A DNA stretch of 36,005 bases, from assembly GCA_011109175.1 (NCBI GenBank), contig RDEW01000107.1:1-36005 (forward strand), given 5' to 3'. Shown here in pieces: positions 33,928 through 36,005 of the stretch (within the stretch, counting starts at the first letter, position 1; every line of letters begins with the position of its first letter). The position numbers and the translations under genes are program-made. Source of the stretch: Dicyema japonicum. Its lineage: Eukaryota; Animalia; Dicyemida. The notes below the pieces were generated by a model. It worked only from the letters and a program-made list of their open reading frames with translations. It had not been told where the DNA came from and searched no databases.

Positions 33928-34415
33928 ATGTTAACTTTACTGATGACATTGGTTTCTTTAGTAATTAACAGCGTACCAATAAATTCAACTCAAAGATTAC
34001 AAGGTAATTTAATTATAGTTGGATTTTACTAGATCAACAATGTGAAAGAAAGGCTATTAGGCTTGCAGTGCGAATTGACGAATGTAGGGGATTGATCTTG
34101 GAATTAAAATCCAGCGTTGATGCTATCCGAAATGAGAACGAAGATAATTGTAACGAAGAATATAATAATTTAATGTATTATTGCACATTAGGGTATCTTC
34201 GGGAACATTATGAACATTTAAGAAGGGATAACCCAACGACTTATTGTGGGCAAATTCCCTATCTAAAGATAGCACTGTTAATGATTTACGATAACGTGAA
34301 AGCCACAAATACAAGATTAAGAGAGTACACTACATGTGTAAATAGTAGCACACGTAAAAATATGAATAGTACATTGGAGACTCGATTTAATTTATTAAAA
34401 GTTTCCTATTCATAA
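33928..34415 (+). CDS. Small secreted helical protein, 6 Cys (152 aa, 2 exons)
   Basis: Exons 33928-34003 and 34033-34415, intron 29 nt (GT-AG, phase 1, same position as in the paralog): signal-like MLTLLMTLVSLVINS-VP, then ...DQQCERKAIRLAVRIDECRG...DNCNEEYNNLMYYCTLG...TYCGQIPY...EYTTCVNSS...VSYS*. Confidence 0.85.
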
Positions 34416-35789
34416 AGATTATGGGACTAATACATCTCTGGGCTTAGAAAAATTTGAACTCCCATACAATGATCCTGTGACTGTCGTTTCAAATTTTTCA
34501 AAACAATTTTGTCAATGTTCAAAATAGTGAAAGTTCTGTGACGAAAATCCATTCTATAAACTTCGAATAGTTAATTGTGATTAGCTTTCATCTGTGAAAT
34601 AATTGATCAATTTTTTGAAGTTGATGGAAGCTGTCAAAGTTTCACCAATAGTTCTGTTTAATCTATGGCTTGCGACATATTATTCTTGAAAATAATCATA
34701 CACATAAAAAGACAAATCAATTTGGGATAAAAAATAGTCTGAAAGAAAAATATAGTCAGAGAATATAAATAGGGACAAATCAGGTAGTGAAAAATAATCC
34801 ATATTCATAGGTTACCAAAATAAAACATATATTAGACATTTTGATAAAAACCTTCAACACTATATGATTTATCCGATAATATAATCTTCAAGAAATCGAA
34901 TGATAATACAATACAATAGATATAAAAAATACAATGACATAAAAAAGCTACCGACCACAAGAACGTGGCGACGTCATTCCAAATAATATGACAATGTATT
35001 AAAAAATTCGCCATATTGCAAAAATATTTTTGGAAATAAATAAGTATTAAATTAAAATAAATTAATCCAAATTGACTAATTTAATTTATAAATCTAACTA
35101 TAATTTATGTTCTGGGTGGGGCCATCTAGTGCTATGTGGATAATTGGCTGAAGATTTCTATTTGTTTTGTCTCTTCCCTCTCTTTCCCTTCCTATTAGAG
35201 TCGCATCATGTGAAGGAATCTTTGAGAGTCTGAAGCGAAGAAGTTGTGCATGTCCACGTTTGCTGGGTGTTTCAAGTCAATTCTCACTACTCCATATAGT
35301 TTTCGTGATCTTGCTTTAGATCTCCCAGTGGTGTTAAAACTATTTTTAGTGTCTTCGTGGTCTTTTGAGATTATAATTTAGTTTTAATTTAAAGCAATTT
35401 ATTACAAAACAATTAAAAATAGCCAAGCTGAAATAATTGAGTGGCTGTATTCCCTGACAATTACGAGAGAAATCCTTTGAAGCAGCCACTCTGTTTTCAA
35501 GCGCTCGTTACTTTAGAAATATTTAATTACTAAAATATTGAACTTTATTTGAATTATTTAATAAATACAATAATATTGAACATTTTTTGAAGTACATGGT
35601 AGCCAGCATTTTCCTTTAATAATTTTCTTCGGCGTTACCTAGTAGTGAGCCGAGTTTTTTTTTTGTATGTCTCCAGAGTTGTTCATTTCTTGACTTGACT
35701 GGTAGTCCATTTTTGCAATGTTTATGTGCAGGTTCCATTTATTTAAAATTCAACCCACTTTATTTAACCAATAATAAAATGTTAATATT

Positions 35790-36005
35790 TAATAATCAAC
35801 AACCATCCTCGTCTGCCTGTTCGCCAGCCTCCTCAGACAGGTTCGATTCTGGTTGCTGAAACAACTCCGAGAGCGCCTTGTCCAATTGAACCCTCTGCGC
35901 ATATGGTATCTCCGGGCTCTGCCTCCTATACTTCAGTGTCAGGCTTTCTAGGGTCAGCTATAATACAGTAGACTGTAAATAGGCCTGGAGCTTCCTATCT
36001 ACCCC
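35790..36005 (-). mobile_element. 3' end of an R4/Dong-like RLE non-LTR retrotransposon (runs off the window)
   Basis: GVDRKLQAYLQSTVL*LTLESLTLKYRR resembles the AYIQ..VL..T.E.I....RR C-terminus I recall from R4/Dong-type ORFs; GC-richer than the flank. Confidence 0.4.

Noticed and set aside
35835-35855. B-box-like ggttcgattc
   Set aside because: No A-box or SINE body; it lies within the antisense of a retroelement coding relic.

Overview
AT-rich, repeat-dense eukaryotic scaffold, not prokaryotic. It has four N-gaps (613-980, 2520-2683, 4035-4432, plus single Ns at 10391 and 26863 counted together). The ORF track is misleading because the real genes are split by ultra-short (22-30 nt) GT-AG introns, which I resolved by hand. 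The combination of tiny introns, low GC and abundant CRE/RTE/R4-type retroelement debris fits a reduced parasitic animal such as a myxozoan cnidarian; this is inference only. One conserved housekeeping gene is present: GPI ethanolamine-phosphate transferase 3 (PIGO/GPI13-like, 6603-~9293, +, about 854 aa). Two lineage-specific families are undergoing birth and death. (1) LAMP-like type-I membrane glycoproteins: intact copies at 1667-2513 and 17965-18873 (both -), a pseudogene at 20937-21202 (+) and a 39-bp remnant at 16098-16136. (2) A tandem cluster of small signal-peptide-bearing, Cys-patterned helical proteins: intact at 31467-31908 and 33928-34415, pseudogene at 29182-29577. The rest is a tRNA-derived SINE family (at least 6 copies), LINE, CRE and pogo relics, a MITE, a TSD-flanked 634-bp orphan insertion, a decayed third gene family, and local duplications. 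One of these duplications flanks PIGO and carries a decayed thrombospondin type-1 repeat. All identifications come from manual translation and motif recognition; no database search was run.
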